Shown here piece after piece: positions 35,967-48,759 of a DNA stretch of 64,000 nucleotides; position 1 is the stretch's first letter; each line of letters starts with the position of its first letter. The notes beneath the pieces were generated by a model, which saw only the letters and a list, made by a program, of their open reading frames with translations, was not told where the DNA came from and did no database searches. The translations under genes and the position numbers were made by a program. Source of the DNA: Eledone cirrhosa (taxonomy: Eukaryota); the NCBI GenBank assembly GCA_964016885.1, contig OZ024760.1:5456001-5520000 (forward strand), in the 5' to 3' direction.

Positions 35967-37470
35967 CTAAAACTGTTCTCAGCAAACCCCTTAATATCTC
36001 TGTCCCCTAAAACTGTTCTCAGCAAACTCCTTAATATCTCTGTCCCCTAAAACTGTTCTCAGCAAACTCCTTAATATCTCTGTCCCCTAAAACTGTTCTC
36101 AGCAAACTCCTTAATATCTCTGTCCCCTAAAACTGTTCTCAGCAAACTCCTTAATATCTCTGTCCCCTAAAACTGTTCTCAGCAAACTCCTTAATATCTC
36201 TGTCCCCTAAAACTGTTCTCAGCAAACTCCTTAATATCTCTGTCCCCTAAAACTGTTCTCAGCAAACTCCTTAATATCTCTGTCCCCTAAAACTGTTCTC
36301 AGCAAACTCCTTAATATCTTTGTCCCCTAAAACTGTTCTCAGCAAACTCCTTAATATCTCTGTCCCCTAAAACTGTTCTCAGCAAACTCCTTAATATCTC
36401 TGTCCCCTAAAACTGTTCTCAGCAAACTCCTTAATATCTCTGTCCCCTAAAACTATTTTCAGCAAACTCCTTAATATCTCTGTCCCCTAAAACTGTTCTC
36501 AGCAAACTCCTTAATATCTCTGTCCCCTAAAACTGTTCTCAGCAAACTCCTTAATATCTCTGCCCCCTAAAACTGTTCTCAGCAAACTCCTTAATATCTG
36601 TCCCCTAAAACTGTTCTCAGCAAACTTCTTAATATCTCTGTCCCCTAAAACTGTTCTCAGCAAACTCCTTAATATCTCTGTCCCCTAAAACTGTTCTCTG
36701 CAAACTCCTTAATATCTCTGTCCCCTAAAACTGTTCTCAGCAAACTCCTTAATATCTCTGTCCCCTAAAACTGTTCTCAGCAAACTCCTTAATATCTCTG
36801 TCCCCTAAAACTGTTCTCAGCAAACTCCTTAATATCTCTGTCCCCTAAAACTGTTCTCAGCAAACTCCTTAATATCTCTGTCCCCTAAAACTGTTCTCAG
36901 CAAACTCCTTAATATCTCTGTCCCCTAAAACTGTTCTCAGCAAACTCCTTAATATCTCTGTCCCCTAAAACTGTTCTCAGCAAACTCCTTTATATCTCTG
37001 TCCCCTAAAACTGTTCTCAGCAAACTCCTTAATATCTCTGTCCCCTAAAACTGTTCTCAGCAAACTCCTTAATATCTCTGTCCCCTAAAACTGTTCTCAG
37101 CAAACTCCTTAATATCTCTGTCCCCTAAAACTGTTCTCAGCAAACTCCTTTATATCTCTGTCCCCTAAAACTGTTCTCAGCAAACTCCTTTATATCTCTG
37201 TCCCTCAAAACTGTTCTCAACAAACCCTTTATCTTTGTCACCACAAAACTGTTCTTAACAAACCCCTTAGTATCTCTGTCTCCCCAAACTGTATTCTCAA
37301 CAAAGCCCTTATGTCTCCCCCAAATTATGTTCTCAGTAAACCCTTTATTATCTGTCTCCCACAATAAGCTGTTCCCAACATACCCCTTATCTGTGTCTCC
37401 CAAAACCCCTTATCTATGTCTCCCAAAACTCCTTATCTGTCTCCCCAAATTCCTTATCTATCTATGTTCC
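35967..37470. repeat. 40-bp minisatellite, ~31 homogeneous copies plus a degenerate tail
   Basis: Unit ctaaaactgttctcagcaaactccttaatatctctgtccc to ~37220, then diverged copies. Confidence 0.97.
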
Positions 37471-37585
37471 CACAGGCAGTGATTAAAAGGGTTGGTGTCT
37501 GGCAGAGACTCTGGTTGTAAAACATTGCCTCAAAACTGTCCCGTTCAAACCCATGCCAACATGGAAACGTGGGACATGAAAATAG

Positions 37586-37896
37586 CAGGGTTGGATTTAG
37601 AACTTGGGGTCCCAGAAGTACTTCAGGCTTTTTGGAGGGGACTCATACACAAAACAATTAGAATACATTGCCCCCCCCCCCCCCCCCCCCCTCATTTTAC
37701 AAATAATTGGAATTGAAAAGTCATACATACAGGTATTAAATACAAAATTTCTAACCATCCTAAAACTAAAAAGCCTAGCTGTGGGCACCAAATAAATTGC
37801 TAAGGCCGCTGCTGGTGCATCCCCTACCACCACCACTGCAGGGGCCCCCCAGGGTAATTTTCCCCTTTGCCCCCCCCCCCATTAAATCTAGCCCTG
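37586..37896. mobile_element. hAT-like MITE
   Basis: TIRs cagggttggattta / taaatctagccctg; imperfect TSD gaaaatag/ggaaatat; related left end at 46864. Confidence 0.65.
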
Positions 37897-38508
37897 GGAA
37901 ATATGGTTTAGAATAGATACACTGTATCCTCCCTGTGTGTCACACCATATCCTGTGTCACACCATATCCCAGGTGTGTTACAGGAAGGGACAAAAAGGAG
38001 TCAGTGTTTAGAAGAGCCTCTGGTTATAAAACATTGCCACAAAACGTCTCGTCCAGCCCATACCAACATGGAAAACAAAAAAAACCGTGGGGACATAGAA
38101 ATACTAACCTATCCCAGACACCGCCTCATATTTTTGATCTTTCATCCGGAAATATGGAAATTATGATATTTTAATTCCTGACTTTTGGGGTTTTAGTACA
38201 GAAATTTAGGCTGAGGTGGGGGATAAATGAAAGATCTTCTTTAAGGGCTGATAGCTTGGTATTAGTTCTGGTTGAAGGGTATGTGAAGAAAAGAAAGGGG
38301 GGGGGGTTAAATTTAGAGGTTTTCTCAGTATTTTGACAGAAATATAGATATGAAAGTATCTCAGGTGAATATAATTATAAAAGGACAAAGAGGGAGAGGG
38401 TTGAATGTAAGGGCGGTGTTGTTGTTGTTGTTGTTGTTGTTGTATAAATATAAAAAAAATGGCCACCTGTGAACTAATGTTGTTCCATAGTTGTGTATAT
38501 AACTATGG

Positions 38509-38552
<44 letters not shown>

Positions 38553-38554
38553 TT

Positions 38555-38668
38555 AGGCGTGTGGCTGAGTGGTTAGAGAATTGGATTTGCAATCGTAAGG
38601 TTGTGAGTTTGATTCCTGGACCAGGCGATGCGTTATGTCCTTGAGCAAGACACTTTATTTCACGTTGC
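38555..38668 (+). mobile_element. family-2 SINE 5' part (tRNA head plus CORE-like domain)
   Basis: A box tggctgagtgg, B-box-like gagtttgattcc, gtccttgagcaagacactt. Confidence 0.75.
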
Positions 38669-38888
38669 CCCTTCTACCTGGAGTTGCGACCGATAGATAG
38701 TATTAGCAATCGGAAAGACCAACGGAAACATTATTCCCTCGGTCCGATTTGACGAAAGTCGATCGTTCCTTTAATATATACTTAAAACCAAAACTGAATA
38801 CTAACCAATACTATTACTAATTCTCACTTATTCCTAATTAAACTATTTTTCACTGGGAACAATTTGTCAGCATTTTCTTTTCCTTTTA

Positions 38889-38947
<59 letters not shown>

Positions 38948-39023
38948 GGTTATATTGGGGTTTTCCATTTATATGTATGTGTATGTATATATATATGTCT
39001 AAGCATACACTCACTCACTCACT

Positions 39024-39078
<55 letters not shown>

Positions 39079-39671
39079 AGGTATGTATATATATATGTGT
39101 GTGTACACACTGTATACACCTGGTTGTTGCTTTGACAGGCTGGTTAATAGTTCTAATTTAGTGGAACAGGTCTGGTCTACTCCTCACACCCCAGCACCTT
39201 CAACCCCTTCCCACCTGGCACACACCTCCCCGTCACAACGCCTCCTCCATTACAAGGCTTCCCCAGCCCCCCATTTCCTGTGTTCATTGATGAACAAGAA
39301 GGAAAACAAAGGGGTTACCCAACCTGAGTCTAACCTGACCTCATAACAATCACAATCATCATCACCATCAACAATGTCATCACCATCATCATAACAACCA
39401 TCACCATCATCACCCTCGCCTCCATCATCATCACAATCACCATCATCATCACAATCACCATCACCACCACAAACATCATCGCCATAACCTTCGACACCAC
39501 CACCATAACCATCATCATCAAAGGAAACATGGATTGGAATGTATCCTAGCAACATCAGAAGAAAAAGATGCACATGCACTAACACATATGCACTAACACG
39601 CATTACACATACACATGCATTCATACACATGCACACTTTAAGATACATACACATGTTCACTAATACATACG

Positions 39672-39985
39672 CACTAATTCATATACACACGTGCACAATC
39701 CAACACACACATTTACACATACACACTAACTCATACACACATACATGTATATACACACACTAATTCATATACACACGTGCACAATCCAACACACACATTT
39801 ACACATACACACTAACTCATACACACATACATGTACATACACACACTAATTCATATACACACGTGCACAATCCAACACACACATTTACACATACACACTA
39901 ACTCATACACACATACATGTACATACACACACTAATTCATATACACACGTGCACAATCCAATACACACATTTACACATACACACA
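39672..39985. repeat. 86-bp CA-rich tandem repeat, ~3.6 copies
   Basis: cactaattcatatacacacgtgcacaatcc at 39672, 39758, 39844 and 39930. Confidence 0.9.
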
Positions 39986-40348
39986 CACATATGCGCATGA
40001 GATAGACTGGGGAGAGGGGGCCTCTTCTGCATGTAAACTTAATAGTAAAGTTGGTGTTAACTTACTTGATTGTAGTAAAGTAATCAATTTTAATTACTTC
40101 AAAATGAACTTAATAGAGGATCTCTTGAAAGGAGTTTATTATCTTTAGTACCATGCCTCTCCTACCCCCCAAATATGTTTTCAATGTCTAAATTGAATTT
40201 GGATTTAAAGGAAGTAGCTAGGGTTATTTAATCTGAATTTTAATTTTAATTAACATTCATTCATTAATTAATATAATATGCAGTGAAGAATGATTCTATT
40301 GTTTCGTGGCATAGTGACAGCTCTTGATATGTTGCCTGTGTGTATGTA

Positions 40349-40388
<40 letters not shown>

Positions 40389-40527
40389 ACATCTGTACAT
40401 CTGTACATGTGTACAGATATATGTCTCAAGATGTGGGCAACCCCGTCTAACCAATGCATGGAAAATGGATGTTAAATGGTGGTGGTGGTGATATAGACAT
40501 AATTCAAATAGTTCATTTGTGTGTGTA

Positions 40528-40746
40528 CAGGGTGCCCCCCAAAAATGTATCACACATTTATTAGAATGCTGTTGAAGTGTTTATACATTTTTGGGGGACA
40601 CCTTATACATGTACACACACACACACACACACTCTCACACACAAGTAAAACAGTTCATTTGTGTGTATATAGGGTGTCCAAAAAAATGTATACACATATT
40701 TATAAGAATACTGTTGAAGTGTTTATACATTTTTTGGGACACCCTA
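40528..40746. mobile_element. two Tc1/mariner-type MITEs within a local tandem duplication
   Basis: Same TIR family as 1992-2067, TA-flanked; both preceded by agttcatttgtgtgt. Confidence 0.7.
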
Positions 40747-41254
40747 TACATGTACGTACACACACTCTCACACACACTCACTCACTTACACATACATCCT
40801 CTCTCTCTCTCACACATATACACACAGTAAAATAGTACAGGTTTCTGTTCCTGTCCAAGTTTGGCAGAGAGAAGACCTAGCACCAGTTTACACAACCCAA
40901 ACACTGTAACAGTGGAACTGGTGGAACTGGTGCTGAGCTTTCTTATTTTCACTAGAAAATATTTAAATACCATGAATTAAAAATATACTGTGGTTGGTTG
41001 TTAGCATCACATAGATTCAAATCAAACAGTAATGCTGTATAGTTAGTTAGTTAGTCATTCTACTAATGTTACAGTTGACCAAAGATAATTTAGATTGAGA
41101 AGAAAGAATGGAATGTAAAATAAGAAAATATAAAAAAAAATTTTAAATGGAAAAGGAAGGGAATGGCAAGGAAGGGCTTCAGTTTCATAGAATAATGGGA
41201 AGGGATGAGGGTGATTGGGCTCTAGGACTAGGGTGTGGTGGTAATGGGGATGTG

Positions 41255-41519
41255 CCCGCCTGGACAAGACCACAAAAGCATTCCCATGGACAATGGCCTG
41301 TGACAACTGCTGCAACAGCCTCCCCACCTCGCAGTGCTCCTTCCTCAGATGGGCCTCCCATGTTCCGATCTTGTGGAGGAGCTCGACAGTATGGGGTCCA
41401 AGTATGCCTGAGGTCTCGACAGTGACCGGTGTGAAGAGGAAGTAGCTGGACAATCCCCGGTATTTGTGTATCTTCCTTTTCTCTGCGCGGAGGGCCGCGG
41501 TACCGGGGTTTGTGACCAA
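41255..41519 (-). mobile_element. CRE-clade non-LTR retrotransposon fragment (restriction-like endonuclease C-terminus)
   Basis: AALRAEKRKIHKYRGL..FTPVTVETSGILGP..LLHKIG..LLQQLSQAIVHGNA matches the CRE pattern K..KY..L..F.P...ET.G..G...Q.LS.AI.RGNA. Confidence 0.75.
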
Positions 41520-41717
41520 AGTGACTTAGCTGGAGGTGAGTGGAATGTTCTATTTTATTGTAAGCCTCATCCCCTCACTCTCTTTTGGTCTTGCCTGACC
41601 ATGGGTTTTACAGATAGAAAGTATCCCTCCGACATACAAGCCTGAGCAAGGTGTGTTTGTTTGTGAAGGACCAGCAGTCACCCATGGATACTAGTCTCCC
41701 CTCTCTCCACACCAGAT

Positions 41718-41945
41718 GTACCTCAGTCAGGTGTTGAAGAATGTCTGGGTCTTCTGCTGTACCTTCTTTGTTGTCCTCCATGTTTCACATCCCTACAGCA
41801 GTACCGCCTTCATGTTGGGGTTGAAGATGTAAAGTTTAGTTCTTGGGCAGATGTCTTTAGTATGATGAAAGCTGCTCTTACCCTGCCAATCTTGGCTATG
41901 ACCTCTCTTGGTCAGTTCCCCCACATCGATCAACCACACTTCCCA
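41718..41945 (-). mobile_element. RTE LINE RT/thumb fragment
   Basis: VIAKIGRVRAAF..ICPRTKLYIFNPNMKAVLL*GCETWRTTKKVQQKTQTFFNT*LR (LLYGCETW motif). Confidence 0.8.
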
Positions 41946-41976
41946 GGTCGAACCAGCGGGCCTGTGATCAAAACCT

Positions 41977-42380
41977 CCAGCATGGCCAGAGCCTAATGAC
42001 TGAAGTCATTAAAAGAGTAAAAAGTGGTGCCCCAGCATGGCCAGAGCCTAATGACTGAAGTCATTAAAAGAGTAAAAAGTGGTGCCCCAGCATGGCCACA
42101 CACAGCCTAATGACTGAAATCATTAAAAGAGTAAAAAGTGGTGCGCCAGCATGGTCACAGCCTAATGACTGAAACCATTAAAAGAGTAAAAAGTGGTGCC
42201 CCAGCATGGCCACAGCCTAATGACAAACCATTAAAAGAGTAAAAAGTGGTGCCCCAGCATGGCCACAGCCTAATGACTGAAGCCATTAAATGAGTAATAG
42301 GCTGAAGCCATTAAATGAGTAATAGGTGGTGCCCCAGCATGGCCACAGCCTAATGACTGAAGCCATTAAAAGAATGAAAG
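41977..42380. repeat. 55-bp tandem array (~7 copies), probably from a retroposon 3' tail
   Basis: Unit ccagcatggccacagcctaatgactgaagtcattaaaagagtaaaaagtggtgcc. Confidence 0.9.
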
Positions 42381-42993
42381 AAGCACGTAGTTAGTTAACC
42401 TATGTATTAATTAGCAGAGAGCTGTGGGTGTGGGGTGTAATTAATTACTGTGGTTTTTAATTAGGTTTGTTGTTGTTATCTCCCCCTTCTTCTGTACATT
42501 ACTGACACATATGTTACTGAGCACAAAGGATGTGGATATGGTTCCAGTTGTAGAAATTGGGTTACTGTAACTTTATGTGTATGTTGTGAGAGAGAGAGAG
42601 ACAGTGAAGGGTCGAGAGAGAGAGAGAGACAGTGAAAGGGCAAGAGAGACAGTAAGAGGTAGAGAGAGGGGGGGTGAAGGGTAGAAACAGAGAGACGGGC
42701 AGATAGTGAAAAGTATAAAGAGAGAGAAGTAGAGAGGGAGAAAGAAACAGTGAAATGTAGAGAGAGGAGGGGAGGGAGAGAGTGAAAGAGAAGAACAGTG
42801 AAAAAAGAAAGAGAATGTGAGAAAGATAGAGAGAGAGACTGTGTGTGAGAGAGGGAGAGAGAGAGAGACTGAGCAAGAAAGTGAGTTTCATGTTAAATGT
42901 GAACTAAACATATGTGGCATCTCTCATTAAGGTTTACATATACACACACACATATACACATACACACATATAAACTACATATACACACACATT

Positions 42994-43165
42994 ATCACAT
43001 ATACTGCACACATACACATATATATTCTACACACATAATCACATATACTGCACACATACACATATATATTCTACACACATAATCACATATACTGCACACA
43101 TACACATATATATTCTACACACATAATCACATATACTGCACACATACACATATATTCTACACACA
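42994..43165. repeat. 44-bp CA-rich tandem repeat, 4 copies
   Basis: atcacatatactgcacacatacacatatatattctacacacata. Confidence 0.9.
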
Positions 43166-44129
43166 TACATATATATATTCTTCACACACACACATATATA
43201 TATATATATACACACTATATACACAAACTTCAACTTTCTCTGCTACCACCCTGACTTGACTTACATCCACATATAATATTATATGTCTTCTCTTCTGATT
43301 AGTCGATTTTTTTCTTCTCTCAGCTTTCTAAAGAAGGAAACTATATTCCCTAGATATAACAACACAACTTTCTTCTCCTACATAAGTACATCTTGGTACC
43401 ACCACCACCACCACTGTCACCATCACTACCATCACTACCACTACTACCACCTAAAAAAACTATAAATTGGTACCACCACCACCACCACTGTCACCGCCAC
43501 CTCCACTACCACCACCACCACTACCTAAAAAACTATATCTTGGTACTGCCTCCACCACTGTTATCACTACCACTACCACAACAACAACAACAGTAATGGT
43601 CACAAGTACATCTTAATACCACCATCATCATCACCACCACCACCGCCACCAATATTTTAGTACCACCTCCACCACTATCATTAACACAATCACCACCACC
43701 ACCACCACCACCATCACCACAATGGGCACAAGTACATCTTAACACCACCATCACCACCGCCACTACAACTGCAGAGAAATTAAGACATCACTATAAACCA
43801 AAGAATAAAAGTGCTAACTTAAGGCATTTTTTTATTTTTAATGTTTTGTTAAGATCTTGTCATAGCTGTCACAACAGTGAGTGGAGTGGTTTTGTTTTTT
43901 TTTTCATTGGTGATATCTTGGTACTTCTTTCTTGGAGACAATTTTTTTCCTCTGGGTTGATACATTTACTTACCAAATTTCACGCCACTGCCGTTGTCGC
44001 TTCGTGAAATTAACCCCTGTGATTTTTATTAATGGATATAATTCACTGTTCCATAGTTAAGTATTTATTTTAAATTTATTTTAAACGGTTTGATATTAAA
44101 ACTTGCCTAACCCTAACCTAATCCCTCAT

Positions 44130-45341
44130 TACGATTCAAAAACTGTTTGTTTTAGAGTGTTTATATTTATCTAGGGAAAAAAAAGAAGAAAATAAAGAAA
44201 CAACAGCCTTCCATCATAATTTTACATAAAGAACCTTTGTTCTGCTGTTTTTAACACCAACTACAAGAAAGTTATATTATTAAATCCCTCCAAATTCTTG
44301 ATTACTTTCAAAATAATTTGAAAACTTATAGGAAGTGTTTTGTTTTTTTTCTTTACATTATAAATATAGTAATGAAAGTATTAAAGTGTTTAAATTTATT
44401 TATCTACTAAAAACATTCCATCATAATTTTAAGAACCTATGTTCCAAACTCCAACTTAATGAGAAAGTTAGTTTACCCTTTAGCATTTACATTACTCTAT
44501 ATTTACTATTGTATTTTCTTGGTAAACACTTTATTTCACATAATTACCTCGCATAATATTGAATCTACAAGATTTTGGTATTATTTATTTTGAGAACAAT
44601 AACTTAACATAAGTATGAGTGACCAGTTACGGCTGGCTTGAACAGAAAGAGGTGAGAGAATTCTGGTCGGTTTAAATGCTAAAGGGTTATACTACTAAAT
44701 CCTTCCAAATTCTTGATTATTTGAATATCACAGACAGTGTCTTTCTTTAGAAATATGGTAATGAAAGAATTAGTGTTTATATTTATCTAAAACAAACAAA
44801 CAAAAAAAAAACCTTCCATCATAATTTTATATAAGAACCTTTGTTTTGTTCCAAACACCAGCTTAATAAAGAGAAAGTTAGTTATATTACTAAAGCACTC
44901 CAAATTCTTGACTATTTAAAAAATTATTAGAAGACCTTAGGCAATGTTTTTCATTAGGGATATAGTAACGAAAGGGTTAAATGTTTACATTTATCTACGA
45001 AAAATCTTCCATCATAATTTTATGTAAGACCCTTTAAGTTATGTTCCAAACACCAGCTTAATGAGAAAGTTATATTACTAAATCCCTCCAAATTATTAAA
45101 AAACCTTAGGCAATGTTTTTTTTATTAGAAATATAGTAATGAAAGGGTTAAAGTGTTTATATTTATCTACTAAAAATCTTCCATCATAATTTTATGTTAA
45201 GAACCTTTAAGTTATGTTCCAAACATCAGCTGAGAAAGTTAGCTATATTAATAAAACCCTCCAAATTCTTTAATATTTTAAAAATTATTAGAAAACCTTA
45301 GGCAATGTTTTTCATTAGACATATGGTAACGAAAAGGTTAA
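44130..45341 (+). mobile_element. diverged tandem run (~5-6 units) of the P2 repeat with a nested P1 MITE at 44472-44690
   Basis: Recurrent ttccatcataatttt..gttccaaac..agaaatatagtaatgaaagggttaa; P1 TIRs ccctttagcattta / taaatgctaaaggg. Confidence 0.75.
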
Positions 45342-45392
45342 ATTAATTTGTTTCGTAATCCTGTGACATGTGACAAATTTTAGATGTTGAAT

Positions 45393-45846
45393 TTAACCCT
45401 TTAGCATTTAAACCAGCCATATCCAGTCAGAATTCTCTCACCTCTTTCTGTTCAAACCAGCCATAACTGGCTGCCCATACCGACATTAAAGTATTGTTCT
45501 CAAAATAAGTATCAAAATCTTGTAGATTCAATATTATGTGAGATAAAGGCTTTACTGTGAAAATACAATAATAAATATAGAGTAATGTAAATGGTAAAGG
45601 GTTAGTAAAGAGAAAGTTAGTCATATTAGCATTTACATTACTCTATATCTACTATTGTATTCTCACTGTAAAGGCTTTATCTCACATAATTATTTCACAT
45701 AGTTTCTAATCTATGAGATTTTGATATTATTTATTTTGAGAACAATTCCTTAACATAAGTATGAGTGACCAGTTACGACTGGCTTGAACACAAAGAGGTG
45801 AGAGAATTCTGGCCGGATATGGCCGGTTTAAATGTTAAAGGGTTAA
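45393..45846. mobile_element. two P1 MITEs in inverted orientation (45393-45605 minus, 45625-45846 plus)
   Basis: TTAAccctttagcattta start and taaatgttaaagggTTAA end; bodies are reverse complements of each other. Confidence 0.85.
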
Positions 45847-45849
45847 TAA

Positions 45850-46280
45850 GACCCTCCGCTGGCAATGGACTTGGTAAATACCCACAAAGTTATTAACCAT
45901 CTTGCCAACAACAACCCTGAGCACCTTTTTGATCTCCATGTATCTAACACACGTGGACATGCCTACAAAATCAGAAAACAGCACAGCTCCCATGACTTTC
46001 GTAAACATTTTTTCACGCTCAGAGTTGCTGAAGCATGGAACAAACTGCCTAGGTCAGTTGCCGAGACACTGCATCCTTTAAGACACTCATGCTTCCCGAA
46101 ATACGCCAAAACTACACCTGATATACCCCTTCCATACACATGCACACATGTGTATATCATGACTCCTGCACTGTTCATTTTCCTGACGTTTGTACATTAC
46201 CCTATGTACTATACATACACTTTTTGATGAGTTGTAGTGCACCTGAGCACTGTACACAATATTTCGTTATTATTATTATA
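45850..46280 (+). mobile_element. CR1 LINE 3' end with (TTA)n tail
   Basis: DLVNTHKVIN..NTRGHAYKIRKQHSSHDFRKHFFTLRVAEAWNKLP matches the CR1 TRGH..K..R..FF..RV...WN.LP motif. Confidence 0.88.
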
Positions 46281-46971
46281 TTTTCAAAATTATAAGAAAA
46301 CATTAGGCATTGTTTTTCATTAGGGATATGGTAACAAAAGGGTTAAATTAATTTGTTCCTTAATCCTGTAACACGTGAAATTTTTAGATGTTGAATTTAA
46401 AGTTATATATTGTTTTGTTGTTGTTGAATGTTTTTTTTTGTCTTTTGTTGTTTTTTGAAAGCTGATGAGGTGTGGTGTATTGTGTGGTGTGTGTATGTTG
46501 GTGTGGTGTATGTCTATGTCGTGTGTGTGTATATGTTTGTGCTGTGTGGGTGGTGTATCGTGTGTGTGATGTTACCAGGCATAAAGTTCTGTTGTAATAT
46601 TTTTCTGATCTACACATGCTCCACACATTTACATACATACACACTTACACACACACATACACACTTACACACACATACATACACACTTACACACACACAT
46701 ACACACTTACACACACATACATAACACTTACATCACACACAACATACACCACACATATAAACACATACAACACTCACAACTAAACAAAGAACATGTATTT
46801 ATTGTGGCAAAATCAGTATACTTCCTTTGTTTCCTGAGCCCTGAATTTATGAGGAGTCACGGGCAGGGTTGGGTTTAGACCTGGGGAGGCCCAGGGCACT
46901 TCAGATTTGGTGAGCCCTCCTACACAAAAAACTAGAATACACAGCCCTCCCCAATTTTATCTTTCAAAGTT

Positions 46972-47256
46972 AGCTGATACAATGCTGTAGAAATATATAA
47001 AGGGCAAAGGATAACAAATAAAACAAAACAATGTTTTACCCACTATATTTCAACATGGTATTTCAGGGCTAATACCCCCTTTTCAGGGGTAAAACTGTAA
47101 AACAGAAAGAGTCCAAAACAAAAACGAATGCTCAGTGCATTCTTTCCATTTGAAAAGAGGTTAATAGCCCTGAAATATACTGGGTAAAACATTGCTTTGT
47201 TTTGTTTTATTTGTCATCATTTACTTTTTATATATTTCTAATGCATTGTACCAGCT
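46972..47256. mobile_element. degenerate foldback with hammerhead-like cores
   Basis: Arms agctgatacaatgc..aaaacaatgttttaccc / gggtaaaacattg..gcattgtaccagct; cores ctgaaaagggggtattagccctgaaa (minus) and ttgaaaagaggttaatagccctgaaa (plus). Confidence 0.55.
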
Positions 47257-47455
47257 TTTTTAAGCTTTTCAGTTGTTTATCTATCTATGTATCTCTCTCT
47301 CTATATATATATATATATACACACACACATACAATTGTTCTCCAATGTAAACAATATATACCAAACCTCACACCATTTAATAATGTCAAAACAATTCAAC
47401 AAATTTGTTGAATTGTTTAACATTTTAAATGTTTTGAACATTTCAAATTGTACAC

Positions 47456-47498
<43 letters not shown>

Positions 47499-47627
47499 CA
47501 CAAAAATCAGTTCTATTTGAGCAAGACATGCTCACCTGACCTAGCATTGCTCACAACAGGACAACTCGTCTAACCCATGCTACCGTGGAAAAATGGACAT
47601 AAAACAGTGATGATAATGATATATGTA

Positions 47628-48136
47628 CTAGCTGAGTAGCCAGCCGTTACCGGGCAATAATCACAATAGTGTGTCTTTATTTCAATTTTTTTTTTCATTC
47701 CATGTCTGACGAAGTCTCTCCCGAAGGATAGTTTCTTTGATGAGGATGGATTTCATTATTATTATTTGGGTTAACTTTGCCTTTCATCCTTTCGGGGTCG
47801 ATAAAATAAAGTACCAGTAATACACTGGGTAATTGCTGGCCTTGTGCCAAATGTAGAAACAATTATTATTATTTGGGTCAATTTATAATGTTTGTATAAA
47901 CAATGTTTGTTGTTTTTCCATCTGGTCTGTAGATGTAAAGATTTTTCTGACTTCCTACTCTTGAACATCCAACCTAAAGCTGACCACAGGTGACGCAAGG
48001 ATCTTCAACGCGTAAACCCACAACTGAAAATGTTTGTCCTTGTGATTTGTTGATGGTCATGGCAAAACTAAGACCTACTGGAAATTGAAGTCATTTGAAT
48101 TGAAATGGGACAGTTGTGGATTCTAATGATATTCTA
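47628..48136 (-). mobile_element. Helitron 3' remnant: PIF1-like helicase C-terminus and CTAG end, with a nested SINE (47768-47870)
   Basis: Minus strand RISLESTTVPFQFK*LQFPVGLSFAMTINKSQGQTFSVVGL..GQL*VGCSRVGSQKNLYIYRPDGKTTNIVY (about 47890-48136); terminus gcccggtaacggctggctactcagCTAG|T. Confidence 0.88.
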
Positions 48137-48272
48137 TATTGCAATTTGAAGCTTATATGTCATAACAATTCCATTTTTTGATAACTAAAAACCTTAAAAC
48201 ATTCTCATTGGGGCGCAGATTTTGAAAATGAAAACTGTTGTTCTCTAGGTTGCACTATTTCAGAACCTTTGA

Positions 48273-48715
48273 GAGACATACACAGACATACACACATACA
48301 CACACATACACAGACATACACACATACACAGACATACACACATACACACATACACAGACATACACACATACACAGACATACACACATACACAGACATGCA
48401 CACATACACAGACATACACACGCATACACACATACAGACATACACACATACAGACATACACATACATAGACATACAGACATACAGACATACAGACATACA
48501 CAGACACACAGACATGCATAGACATACACAGACATGCATAGACATACACAGACATACACAGACACAGACATACAGACATACAGACATACAGACATGCATA
48601 GACATACACATATATACACAGACATACATAGACATACACATACACACGCAGACATACAGACATACACAGATAAACAGATATACACATATACACATATACA
48701 CAGACATACAGATAC
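48273..48715. repeat. (CA)/(CAGACATA)n compound repeat
   Basis: Seen directly. Confidence 0.93.
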
Positions 48716-48759
48716 ATTCTCATTTATTGTATAGGTATATAATCATCGTTCTTGTTATT

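Noticed and set aside
38555-38625. tRNA-like sequence
   Set aside because: Continues directly into a CORE-like SINE body and lacks a complete cloverleaf; it is a SINE head.
44107-44122. Telomere-like (CCCTAA)2
   Set aside because: Only two units inside a dispersed-repeat-like segment; not a telomeric array.
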